Made by a program: the position numbers and the translations under genes. From NCBI GenBank assembly GCA_008080745.1, contig SHMX01000001.1:150001-182000 (forward strand): a stretch of DNA of 32,000 bases. The letters are read 5' to 3'. The DNA is from Candidatus Thorarchaeota archaeon (GTDB lineage Archaea > Asgardarchaeota > Thorarchaeia > Thorarchaeales > Thorarchaeaceae). The first letter of the stretch is position 1. Each line of letters opens with the position of its first letter. Positions 8,436 through 16,918 of this stretch are shown here, piece after piece. The notes beneath the pieces were generated by a model. The model saw only the letters and a list, made by a program, of their open reading frames with translations, did not search any database and was not told the DNA's origin.

Positions 8436-9134
8436 TTATACCATCCTCTTTGTAATTTGTAGAACTTGAGCACGAGCTTGATCTAAAGCATGAGAGGGAG
8501 GTTCTACCAGAAGACCTAATGGAGTATCAAAATGAAGACGAGTATCACCAAGAAACATTGCTTCACTGACAACACCCATCATTTCCACAGGTGGAAGTAC
8601 TACACAGGCCAGTTTTGATCCGGATTCGATGTTTGGGATATTGGTCACTATGCGCCAAATACGTGTTCCATCAGTACATCTGCAAACAGTCAATTTTTCA
8701 GCAGTAGGTACACCCTGTATCTGGCTGACTTCCACTGCAAGAATATCCACGGCATACGCTGGATCTTCATCATAATCCAGAAGGCGTTGCTGAAAACCTT
8801 CTACAATTCTAAAACAATAATGAAGTTCAGCATGGACCAATTGATCTTTGGTTGTTGTAGGATTAAAGCCAGACGAAGCCATAGCACTCTTTACAATATT
8901 GGAGAAATTTCTAATCGATTCCACTAGACTCTTGGTTGCCTCGGAATCCGCTAAAGCCTGCGAATCAGTATAGGCATACTTGATCTCATATAATCTAGAA
9001 CCCGCAGTCTTCAGTTCGTTGTTGAGTTTGCTATATTCTATATGCAACTTTAGTTTACGGTTACCAACGATGTCATTGAGTCGTCGCAAAGCATCTTCTA
9101 ATACCAAAATTCTCGCGTCTTTTGCAGTATCCAT
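8436..9134 (-). CDS. Archaeal tRNA-binding protein with C-terminal EMAP/OB domain (COG2517 type)
   Basis: MDTAKD.R+LV N-terminus; C-terminal EKLTVCRC..G...IVTN...LPP.EMMGVVSEAMFLG. Start at ATG 9134 with GGTGG SD. Confidence 0.85.
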   Translation of the reverse strand: MDTAKDARILVLEDALRRLNDIVGNRKLKLHIEYSKLNNELKTAGSRLYEIKYAYTDSQALADSEATKSLVESIRNFSNIVKSAMASSGFNPTTTKDQLVHAELHYCFRIVEGFQQRLLDYDEDPAYAVDILAVEVSQIQGVPTAEKLTVCRCTDGTRIWRIVTNIPNIESGSKLACVVLPPVEMMGVVSEAMFLGDTRLHFDTPLGLLVEPPSHALDQARAQVLQITKRMV

Positions 9135-9326
9135 ACTTACCACCAATTTTAGCATGCGTAAATGTTTCCATAAATACTCTACCACAAGTCTGGACTGATT
9201 CATTTGTTCGTTTCTGTTAGAAAAAGTAAGAAGTTTCAGCAATATTATGTCCGAGAATAAATAGAGATAACTGATATAAAGCAAAAAGACTACTCTCTAA
9301 TAGGTCACCACAAGGAGAAATAACCC

Positions 9327-9941
9327 TTGATTCAAGCGGTCTACATCCTAATAGCAGAAAGCGGACTCTGTGTCGTCGATCGGAAATACGGAAAAGCCGA
9401 CATGGACCCTAATCTCATCGCCGGATTCTTAACAGCTCTTATTCAATTTGGAAGAGAATTGGCAGAAGGTAATCGTGTACATGTCATTGATTTTGGTGCC
9501 TTCGATATCTGTCTATCTCTGAAAGACAATGTCATCGTTGCCGCCACCGTTGACAAAGTAGACGATGGTAATGCTGCAATGGCAGTTCTTGCTGATGTAA
9601 ACAATGAGTTTGTGGATATGTATGAGGATTATCTAATAGACTGGGACGGAAATCTAGAACCCTTCGAGAAATTCGTTGAGAAAATCGATGAAATCACTAA
9701 ACATGGAAAGGCATCAGAACTAAGAACAATAGTGCCAATCCTTAAAGGGAAAGTTTCACCCATGCTGGTTCGTCTTGGTCAAATGACTCAGAAAGTTTAT
9801 GATGTTGCAAAAATGTGTGACGGAAAACTTACAACACGCTCAATTGCAGACCAACTTGGTATTGAAGTGAAAGATGTACAGCGAGCCCTGAATACTTTAG
9901 AAGACATGAAAATGCTAGAATGGAAAGAAATAGGAAACTAA
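9327..9941 (+). CDS. Longin-domain protein with C-terminal winged helix
   Basis: MIQAVYILIAESGLCVV...DPNLIAGFLTALIQFGRE...beta hairpin...LADVNNEFVDMY is a longin layout; C-terminal CDGKLTTRSIADQLGIEVKDVQRALNTLEDMKMLEW is a wHTH. SD AAGGAG. Confidence 0.85.
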   Translation: MIQAVYILIAESGLCVVDRKYGKADMDPNLIAGFLTALIQFGRELAEGNRVHVIDFGAFDICLSLKDNVIVAATVDKVDDGNAAMAVLADVNNEFVDMYEDYLIDWDGNLEPFEKFVEKIDEITKHGKASELRTIVPILKGKVSPMLVRLGQMTQKVYDVAKMCDGKLTTRSIADQLGIEVKDVQRALNTLEDMKMLEWKEIGN

Positions 9942-9972
9942 TATCCATTAATATTAAACATTCAAGAAACTT

Positions 9973-10001
9973 ATGGGCTCAGGCACAATGCCTGAGCTCA
10001 T
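9973..10001. terminator. 13-bp hairpin between convergent genes
   Basis: ATGGGCTCAGGCA-caa-TGCCTGAGCTCAT (one G.U pair). Confidence 0.5.
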
Positions 10002-10020
10002 GTACAATTTTAGTAGTCGA

Positions 10021-10743
10021 CTACTGAGCCTGTCCCCATTCGTTGCCAGTTGCAATTAGAATCAAACCAATCACAATTAGACCAGGAGCGAGTACTCCAG
10101 GAATCGTATACGTACCAAATATCACATCAGCTAAGTAATGTCTAGCAGCATGGATTACTCGGCCAGCAAACAAAACCATAAATCCTAATCCAAGAAGGAA
10201 ATTGGATTTTCGAAGAATTCCTCCAGATTGATATGCCAAATACCAGAACAACAGAGGTATGAATAAGGCATAGACTGCTCCTGCACCACCTGAGAGAAGA
10301 CCTCGTGTAAGTGGTTCAAGAGGAACAACAGCAAGGATGATACCAACGGCAATCGCAGGTACTGCAAAGGCAATTTCAGCCCATCGTTTGCCAAAAATCA
10401 TGAATCCAGCTGTTGCTGAAAGTGTTGCTAACGCCATCCATTGGAATAATGCACCTACTGCTAACCAGGGATTTGCATCAGGTAAGAATGGTGTCATTCC
10501 ATATACTGTTGTGAGGTCGTTATACAATGACGAGGGATCAGCATAAAAGTCGCCCACGAAGTAGAAACATCTACCTATTGCTAGTAAGAGAAAGAACAAT
10601 GCCATGGCCAGTTGAAAAGGATTTCTTGAGTTTCGCCACCTAAACATCAAAAGAAAGGTGAAGACATAGAAATAATATCCCACAACTAGGAACCAGAGCC
10701 CAATGTGTACCTCTCTAATGGCTAGATCGATTGGTTGTAGCAT
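10021..10743 (-). CDS. Standalone 7-transmembrane protein of unknown function
   Basis: Seven hydrophobic segments counted by eye; no soluble output domain; no Lys in the last helix. Confidence 0.75.
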   Translation of the reverse strand: MLQPIDLAIREVHIGLWFLVVGYYFYVFTFLLMFRWRNSRNPFQLAMALFFLLLAIGRCFYFVGDFYADPSSLYNDLTTVYGMTPFLPDANPWLAVGALFQWMALATLSATAGFMIFGKRWAEIAFAVPAIAVGIILAVVPLEPLTRGLLSGGAGAVYALFIPLLFWYLAYQSGGILRKSNFLLGLGFMVLFAGRVIHAARHYLADVIFGTYTIPGVLAPGLIVIGLILIATGNEWGQAQ

Positions 10744-10881
10744 AATCTTCGTACTCCATGAAGCTTTCGAAAGTACCTATGAAACAGTCAACGTCCTGCC
10801 AAATAAAGATATTCCGCGCACAAACACCATATAAGAAGCAGTACAACAAACATACTTCTATATTTGTTATAGTGCAGCAAA

Positions 10882-11301
10882 ATGATAGGTGTTGAATTGA
10901 GTTCGAATCGATCTTGGAAACTTAAGCTTGAAGATGGAACCATTGAGACCTTCACCGATATCAGACGAAAGGTTGGAAATCGGATAATTCGCGCATATCT
11001 ACTCAAACCAATAATGGAGCAGTCTAGAATTGAGAGAATAAAAGCAACACTACGAGGTCCAAAGGATGAATTCAAGGATTTTGACAAATTCTTCATTCTC
11101 AAAGGAAAGACCGATATAGGAGATTTCCGAATGCTTGTAGAATCGGGAGTATACGAGAACCTTAGAATTGTTGGCACAGATGAGGAATATATTGCATCGA
11201 AAACGCCCGATGAAGTCATACAAATTCTAACTGACTCGCTATCTAATCCAGTAGATTCACTCATAGTAGTTAGTACAGACACAAAGGTTCGTGCTGAATA
11301 A
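10882..11301 (+). CDS. Hypothetical protein
   Basis: 139-aa ORF with normal soluble composition, co-oriented with the next gene. The start may be the TTG at residue 6 (after GGTG). Confidence 0.6.
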   Translation: MIGVELSSNRSWKLKLEDGTIETFTDIRRKVGNRIIRAYLLKPIMEQSRIERIKATLRGPKDEFKDFDKFFILKGKTDIGDFRMLVESGVYENLRIVGTDEEYIASKTPDEVIQILTDSLSNPVDSLIVVSTDTKVRAE

Positions 11302-11353
11302 TTTAAAAACAGGTTGAGTACGGAACTATACCAAGCTCTTGAGGGAGATAATT

Positions 11354-11542
11354 ATGAAAAGGTACGCAAAATGCCCAGTCTGTGGAATAAGAACAGTACT
11401 TGATGTTCCACCACATATTGTTGAGGGCGCAAAGAGATTTCCCTATACCATTCGTGTTAAGCACAAAGATCACTATTTCTATATCAATTTAGATAGTAAT
11501 GCATGGATAACCGATATACTGCATCCAGAATTGGTAGAATAA
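11354..11542 (+). CDS. Small putative Zn-binding protein (CPVC...HKDH)
   Basis: MKRYAKCPVCG...FPYTIRVKHKDHYFYINLDSN; SD GAGGGAG before ATG 11354. Confidence 0.7.
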   Translation: MKRYAKCPVCGIRTVLDVPPHIVEGAKRFPYTIRVKHKDHYFYINLDSNAWITDILHPELVE

Positions 11543-11548
11543 CAGAAT

Positions 11549-12340
11549 TTAGCCGATATAACGATCGGGTGGGCTCTCATCACCCTCTTTTGGGGGAATT
11601 CGTTCGGATATCTCACTCTTTGCCCACTCTATGAACTCCATTACTTTCTGTACATCGTCGTCTATGATACTGAAATCCAATTGGATGTCCAATAGAATCA
11701 TCAATTTTTCCAACAATGTTTTGGAGGCACGATAGTCTCGTTTTATAACACCCATTGTTTCACCGAGAAGACAAGCACCCTCCATGTCATACATCGAGGA
11801 AACCCAGGCAGGAATGAATCCATTTGCCCCATTAATTACACCCTCCTTTGTTGGCACGGTGCCATCCAGTTGTGTTAGACTCTGTAACATTTTATCCGAT
11901 CCAGCTGAAACAAAAACTCGTGGAGGATTTGGATACGAATCGAAAAATGCCTCGTAACTTACTTCATAAGCTGCAAGGGCATAAACCGAAGACACATCCA
12001 GGGTAGCGAATTCTTGTGCAAGAAACTCAGCATACTCAAATATACCAGCACCAGAGGATGGTTGGTAATCTGCAGTTACGATTAGAATATCATGAGGTTC
12101 ATCCGGGGCTGCACGATATAGATAGAGTGAGGATTTGGGAAAATGAGTGATTCCATTTTTTACAATGATTCTAGGTGGAAAGTCCTCACTGAAGAAATCA
12201 AGCACTACTTTTGCGTCTAATATTTTTGTCAGAGCTCTGACTGCAATTGTACCCACATTTGCAATGCCAGGGAGACCTAGAACGACAACAGGATCTTTAA
12301 GAGATTCAGATGAGATATCTATGTAGCGCCTTGAATACAT
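11549..12340 (-). CDS. PAC2-family proteasome assembly chaperone
   Basis: VVVLGLPGIANVG, DILIVTADYQP, GVINGANG, GACLLGET and C-terminal RYIG typical of archaeal COG2047. Confidence 0.9.
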   Translation of the reverse strand: MYSRRYIDISSESLKDPVVVLGLPGIANVGTIAVRALTKILDAKVVLDFFSEDFPPRIIVKNGITHFPKSSLYLYRAAPDEPHDILIVTADYQPSSGAGIFEYAEFLAQEFATLDVSSVYALAAYEVSYEAFFDSYPNPPRVFVSAGSDKMLQSLTQLDGTVPTKEGVINGANGFIPAWVSSMYDMEGACLLGETMGVIKRDYRASKTLLEKLMILLDIQLDFSIIDDDVQKVMEFIEWAKSEISERIPPKEGDESPPDRYIG

Positions 12341-12392
12341 TTCATTTCAGTCCAAGTACTACTGCGGTAGTTTCCATTTAGGGGCATCGATT

Positions 12393-13145
12393 TCAGAGAT
12401 TATAGAAAGAAATTGAATTCTGCGTAGTAATTTCTCCAGCCTTTTCAACAGATATTCCTTTAATATCCGCAAGTGAGCGCGCACCGTAGATGATATTTGC
12501 TGGTTCGTTTCTGCCCTCAATTGGCGAAAGATAGGGACCATCCGATTCGAGTAGAATCTGATTGATGGATAAAATCTCTGCGGCTTTTACTCGATTTCGA
12601 TAGCTTCCAAAATTTGCAGGTAGAGTAACTACCCAACCATTTTCAGCAATTCGTTGAGTAACATCAGGAGGGCCATCATAGCAATGCATCAAAACTTTTG
12701 ACATACTATGAGTTTCAAGAATATCAGCTGCTCTTCCTTCTGCCTTTCTAGCATGAACAACAATAGGTAGATCAAGCTCTTTTGCAATGGAGATGAACAT
12801 CTCAAAAAGAGGTTCCTGAGCCTTTCTTTTTTTGGAATCTTTGACCCAGTGATAATCCAACCCAGCCTCACCAATAGCCACGATTTCATTGGGATATTTT
12901 TTGATAAGACTGATGATTTTTTCCGCTTCGTCTTGCTTCAGGAGTGAAGGTTGACAACCAGCGGTATGATACACATAACCTTCGTGTTTTTCGACTATTC
13001 CAAGTGTACGTCGAAAAGAGCCGGGATTTATCGATGACGAAACCATACCAACAAGTCCTGTATCTTTTGCTCGTTGAATGACCTGTTCTCGATCATTTTT
13101 GTAGTGTTTCATGTCGATGTGAGTATGTGCATCAAATAACTTCAA
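12393..13145 (-). CDS. tatD: TatD-family deoxyribonuclease
   Basis: DAHTH, AIGEAGLDY, PIVVHAR, MHCY and LLESDGPYL metal-binding motifs. Confidence 0.95.
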   Translation of the reverse strand: MKLFDAHTHIDMKHYKNDREQVIQRAKDTGLVGMVSSSINPGSFRRTLGIVEKHEGYVYHTAGCQPSLLKQDEAEKIISLIKKYPNEIVAIGEAGLDYHWVKDSKKRKAQEPLFEMFISIAKELDLPIVVHARKAEGRAADILETHSMSKVLMHCYDGPPDVTQRIAENGWVVTLPANFGSYRNRVKAAEILSINQILLESDGPYLSPIEGRNEPANIIYGARSLADIKGISVEKAGEITTQNSISFYNL

Positions 13146-13223
13146 GATGATAACCTCGTTGTATTGATTCCGAACTAGATTTCCTTTTAATCTTCGAGGA
13201 ATGAATATGTTGTGGGATTAGCA

Positions 13224-14123
13224 ATGAGTGACCTACAAGATAGACTTCGTGATAAGACCCTTCAGATTACCGCGCTTCAACAAAAAGTGGGTTCCTTGGA
13301 GGCACAGCTAAGTGGAGCTCATAGAAGAGCACACCAATTAAACGAAACAGTTCAATCACTGGAACGTACGATAGCTGAAAAAGATGGTGAAATACAAATG
13401 CTCCGTTCCGAACTTCAGAAGACTAAGGGAGCATTAGACACTGTGGGGGCAGAGATTCGTGGAATGAAAGCAGAACAAGTTGCAAGTATGTCAAAGCAAC
13501 GTCCTGGTGGTGCAGAATTCTCTACAAAAGAGAAACTAGAAACAGCTGAACGAAAACTAAGCGCTACCAAGGACGATATAAAATTACTAAGTGAAGCAGC
13601 AACAGATGTACTTAATCAAGAACCTGGGGCAATAGAAACACTTCGAGATGCAGTACTTGCTGTGGGAGACCCAAAATTCAAAATTCTGAACATAGTACTG
13701 AATAGTCGTTCGGTAAGGATTGACGAACTTGCTTCGACCTTGGTGATTGATGTGTCGGAAGCACTTCAAATTGTGGATGAACTCCAATCCGCTGGAGAGA
13801 TAGAACTTCGTGAGGGTACTACTGTGATACCAGGAAAGAAATATCGCGAAGTAAAAATACCAGCTGAGGAATGGAAGACTTGGGAGCCATCAGATATCTT
13901 TGACAATTTAGAAGATATTGTTGAAAAGGCCGAAGGAAAGGAAAATATCGTAAAAGCTCTTGAAACTGCGGTAGACATTCTAGAAACAAAAATGGCACGT
14001 GGTGGAGCACTAATATTTCAGATGAGAAGAACAGCAGGGGACTGGAAGAAGAAAGAAGGAGATCGAGAGGAGCTAAAATATACAATTCGTGAATGGAAAG
14101 GACGAGCAGAAGCGCTCGCTTAA
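13224..14123 (+). CDS. Long coiled-coil protein with winged helix and C-terminal helical bundle, function unknown
   Basis: Heptad-rich N-terminal ~125 aa; KILNIVLNSRSVRIDELASTLVIDVSEALQIVDELQSAGEIEL is wHTH-like; helical Trp-containing C-terminus. Confidence 0.7.
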   Translation: MSDLQDRLRDKTLQITALQQKVGSLEAQLSGAHRRAHQLNETVQSLERTIAEKDGEIQMLRSELQKTKGALDTVGAEIRGMKAEQVASMSKQRPGGAEFSTKEKLETAERKLSATKDDIKLLSEAATDVLNQEPGAIETLRDAVLAVGDPKFKILNIVLNSRSVRIDELASTLVIDVSEALQIVDELQSAGEIELREGTTVIPGKKYREVKIPAEEWKTWEPSDIFDNLEDIVEKAEGKENIVKALETAVDILETKMARGGALIFQMRRTAGDWKKKEGDREELKYTIREWKGRAEALA

Positions 14124-14130
14124 GATTTTG

Positions 14131-14523
14131 TTACTCTTCCCCTTTCTTTATTGCTTCTCTCACATAGGAACCAAAGTCTGATGTTTCTCCATCTCGATGG
14201 ACACGGATTTTGGGTCCTTCGCCCTTTATCTGTCGTTCAATGTACCGAATATCTAACTGCTTGATTGTTTGCCGAAATCCTCGATATACAATAAGATAAA
14301 GAAGAATCTCTTCTATCCGTTTAGCTACATCAGGTTCAGTCTTAGCAAGGCCCTCAAGATATTGAACTGCATCAGGAGCTGTGAAACGTTTGAGAAGCCG
14401 ATCGCGTTCATTCTGAACTTTTTCGGCGTGTTCTCGCTTCTCTTTAGCTTCTTTCTCTTTAGCCATCATTTTGGCCATTTTCTTTCTACGAATCAGAGCC
14501 AATTCTGAATCATCATCAGTCAA
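14131..14523 (-). CDS. PDCD5-like DNA-binding protein (COG2118)
   Basis: DDSELALIRRKKMAKM...LLKRFTAPDA...L....PDVAKRIEE.L..L pattern. TTG 14523 has a GAGGT SD. Confidence 0.8.
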   Translation of the reverse strand: MTDDDSELALIRRKKMAKMMAKEKEAKEKREHAEKVQNERDRLLKRFTAPDAVQYLEGLAKTEPDVAKRIEEILLYLIVYRGFRQTIKQLDIRYIERQIKGEGPKIRVHRDGETSDFGSYVREAIKKGEE

Positions 14524-14655
14524 GCTAGGAACCTCGTAATCAAACCCCTGCAAATACTTGTTAAGCTTACCGATACAGCGAGAATTGGTTTTTTAGGGCT
14601 TGGTGTTATTGAGTGAATAGATATACTGTTAGGTTATCTTCAAGGGGTTGAAAAA

Positions 14656-15585
14656 ATGTCGGAAGATTGTGAGTATCTTAGTGCTTCGTCAACGGGACTA
14701 TCCTGTAAACTTCGAAATCAGGTGATATCTCATGCTGAGGCGAAAGCGAAGTGTAAACGACCAGACCTATCAGTAATATGTGTGGATGCGTATACCTCTT
14801 TATCTAGAGGGCAAGAAGCAATAACACAGAAGAGCACAGATGCTTTTCCATGGTTGGTAGACTCTGCTACTCATTTCGAGAACCTGAAAGAAACAGATAA
14901 TGCGATTATGGCAATTTCAAAGGCAATTAGATATGCCACCAAAATGGGTTTACCAGACAAGGCCTATGAATTTTTTGTCTATGCGAGAATGATGTTAGAA
15001 AACGCACTTGAAGAAGGAGACCCAACAGTTTTACAACCAGGGCCAAAAATAACATTGATCGAAGCAGGAAATGGGCTGATTGAGGCAGTCAAGCAACAAC
15101 TTACCTCTGCTGCAGTATCAGAGGTTCAGGCGGAATTAAAAGCTAGCCTGCTAGAAGGGGTCAGTCTCAAAAAGGCCGAGGTGGATGATACCAAAGACTT
15201 GGTCATCTATCATGGTCGTGCGCTCTATGCAAAGAAATTGAAGGAATACAAAGAGGGCGCAGAGAACTATATCAAATCAGGAATTGTTCAGAATGCCGTG
15301 ACCTTTGCATGTATGGCTGCACTGGCAGAGCTTATGCTCGGCAGACCAAAAGAGGGGATAGCTTATCTTACAAAGACAGCAAACCAATCAGAACAAAAAG
15401 AGAAATGGCACAAAAGCAAGATGTTCAAGTGGACCAAACTGATCTTCAAAGCATTTGTAACACGAGAAGAAGAACCCATGAACGATGCTCAGAAATTATT
15501 CTTCCAACTAGCATGGGCTTTCAAAGATGACAAGCAATTCGCCCAGAGAGTGATGGATTCCGTTCAGCGTAGAGTTAGTCAGTAA
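14656..15585 (+). CDS. Helical-repeat (TPR/SNAP-like) protein with a four-Cys N-terminal segment
   Basis: C5, C17, C33 and C42; repeated helix pairs (SATHFENLKETDNAIMAISKA; GAENYIKSGIVQNAVTFACMAAL). Confidence 0.6.
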   Translation: MSEDCEYLSASSTGLSCKLRNQVISHAEAKAKCKRPDLSVICVDAYTSLSRGQEAITQKSTDAFPWLVDSATHFENLKETDNAIMAISKAIRYATKMGLPDKAYEFFVYARMMLENALEEGDPTVLQPGPKITLIEAGNGLIEAVKQQLTSAAVSEVQAELKASLLEGVSLKKAEVDDTKDLVIYHGRALYAKKLKEYKEGAENYIKSGIVQNAVTFACMAALAELMLGRPKEGIAYLTKTANQSEQKEKWHKSKMFKWTKLIFKAFVTREEEPMNDAQKLFFQLAWAFKDDKQFAQRVMDSVQRRVSQ

Positions 15586-16906
15586 TTCTCAGATGTGAGA
15601 TAAAGAAACCACTTGTGTTATGTATATGGGGGAAGTACCGCTGTATGTGATCCTTGCATTTGAAAGATGTATAGCCCATACTTCCAATATGCTGATGTTT
15701 GACTAATTCCAGAAATGAATATCGATCCATGACAGAATCAATCTGTGACTCCCCCTCATGAGGTAGAATGGAGCAGGTAGCATAAACAATCTCAGTGCCC
15801 GGACGATTTTGATAAGCTTCAATAATACTATCGAGAATTTTATTCTGAACTGCCATAAGAGCCATTAGAGAATTTTTGTTCAACTGCCATTTGAATGAGG
15901 GATAACTCCAAATTATGCCTGTAGAACTACATGGTGCATCTATGAGAATCTTATCTGCATTCTCAATAGGCACTGATGAAGCATCTGCAAGAAGCCACTT
16001 AACAGAGGAATAACCCAGTATATTTGCCCTTTTCTTTGCAATTTCAATTCTTTCAGGAGAGCTTTCACTTGCATATATTGTTCCAATCGAGTGGGTTAAC
16101 TCTGAGATTAATTGCGTTTTCATCCCTGGGGCAGCACAGGCATCCCAGATTATCTCTCCAGGTTTGGGATCTAGAGCAAGGACCGAAAGCATACTTGCTT
16201 TATCTTGAACAAGAACATTGCCTTCTGTGAATAGCTTTGAACGAACGAGATTATCAATGCCATTCTCGACCAAAAAAAGGTCTGAAACATCAGAATCACG
16301 AGTTAGATGGACATCTAGACTTCCAATCATTTCAATCATCGATTCCGTAGAGGAAACAAGCTTGTTTGGTCTAATGAAATAACTCCGTGGACCATTGTTA
16401 GCCCGCATCAATTGAATTACTTCCTCTTCGGGGAGATTATCTAGTAGAGTTTCTACGAGAAATGTGGGATGCGCGAATTTTATACTTAAACGATTCACAA
16501 TAGGCAGAGAGAGGATAGCTTTATCCAAATGGCTATCGAGAATTTTTCGTACTGTTGATACCATTTCAGGAATCTTATACAAGTAACTCTCTAACAATGT
16601 CCTTATTGAAGTCTTTAGCCACCTACCCTCGTATATTACAAGCCGTAACAGATTTCGCTCATAAACAGACATTTGTTTTGCAGATTTAGCCCCATAGCGC
16701 GAGATTAGCCAATCAATGGTATTGAGATACTTTATTGTTTCAAAAGTCAAAGATTCAACTAGCCCACGATATTGATGAAGTTCTTGATAAGAGTCATACT
16801 TCTCTCGCAACAAGGATTTTAGAGATTGTGATGATTTGTCATATTCGACTAGTATTCTTATCGCATGCTCTCGAGCAATCTGCTCGGAATCTTCCTTTTC
16901 TGCCAT
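15575..16906 (-). CDS. RsmB/NOP2-family RNA (cytosine-C5) methyltransferase with NusB-like N-terminus
   Basis: VLVQDKAS, IWDACAAPGMKT, LIDAPCSSTG and VYATCS motifs (both catalytic Cys present). Confidence 0.92.
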   Translation of the reverse strand: MAEKEDSEQIAREHAIRILVEYDKSSQSLKSLLREKYDSYQELHQYRGLVESLTFETIKYLNTIDWLISRYGAKSAKQMSVYERNLLRLVIYEGRWLKTSIRTLLESYLYKIPEMVSTVRKILDSHLDKAILSLPIVNRLSIKFAHPTFLVETLLDNLPEEEVIQLMRANNGPRSYFIRPNKLVSSTESMIEMIGSLDVHLTRDSDVSDLFLVENGIDNLVRSKLFTEGNVLVQDKASMLSVLALDPKPGEIIWDACAAPGMKTQLISELTHSIGTIYASESSPERIEIAKKRANILGYSSVKWLLADASSVPIENADKILIDAPCSSTGIIWSYPSFKWQLNKNSLMALMAVQNKILDSIIEAYQNRPGTEIVYATCSILPHEGESQIDSVMDRYSFLELVKHQHIGSMGYTSFKCKDHIQRYFPHIHNTSGFFISHLRITD

Positions 16907-16918
16907 TTTAGGTCACAA

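Noticed and set aside
10021-10743. 7TM protein as a rhodopsin or heliorhodopsin
   Set aside because: There is no Lys in the seventh helix (IPGVLAPGLIVIGLILIATG) for a retinal Schiff base, and no rhodopsin helix-3 motif.
10788-11282. 164-aa minus-strand ORF
   Set aside because: Ser-rich antisense shadow of the plus-strand 10882-11301 gene, whose composition is more protein-like.
11549-11570. Proteasome-activating HbYX motif at the PAC2 C-terminus
   Set aside because: The protein ends RYIG, with Tyr third from the end rather than penultimate; this is the ordinary ending of the archaeal family.
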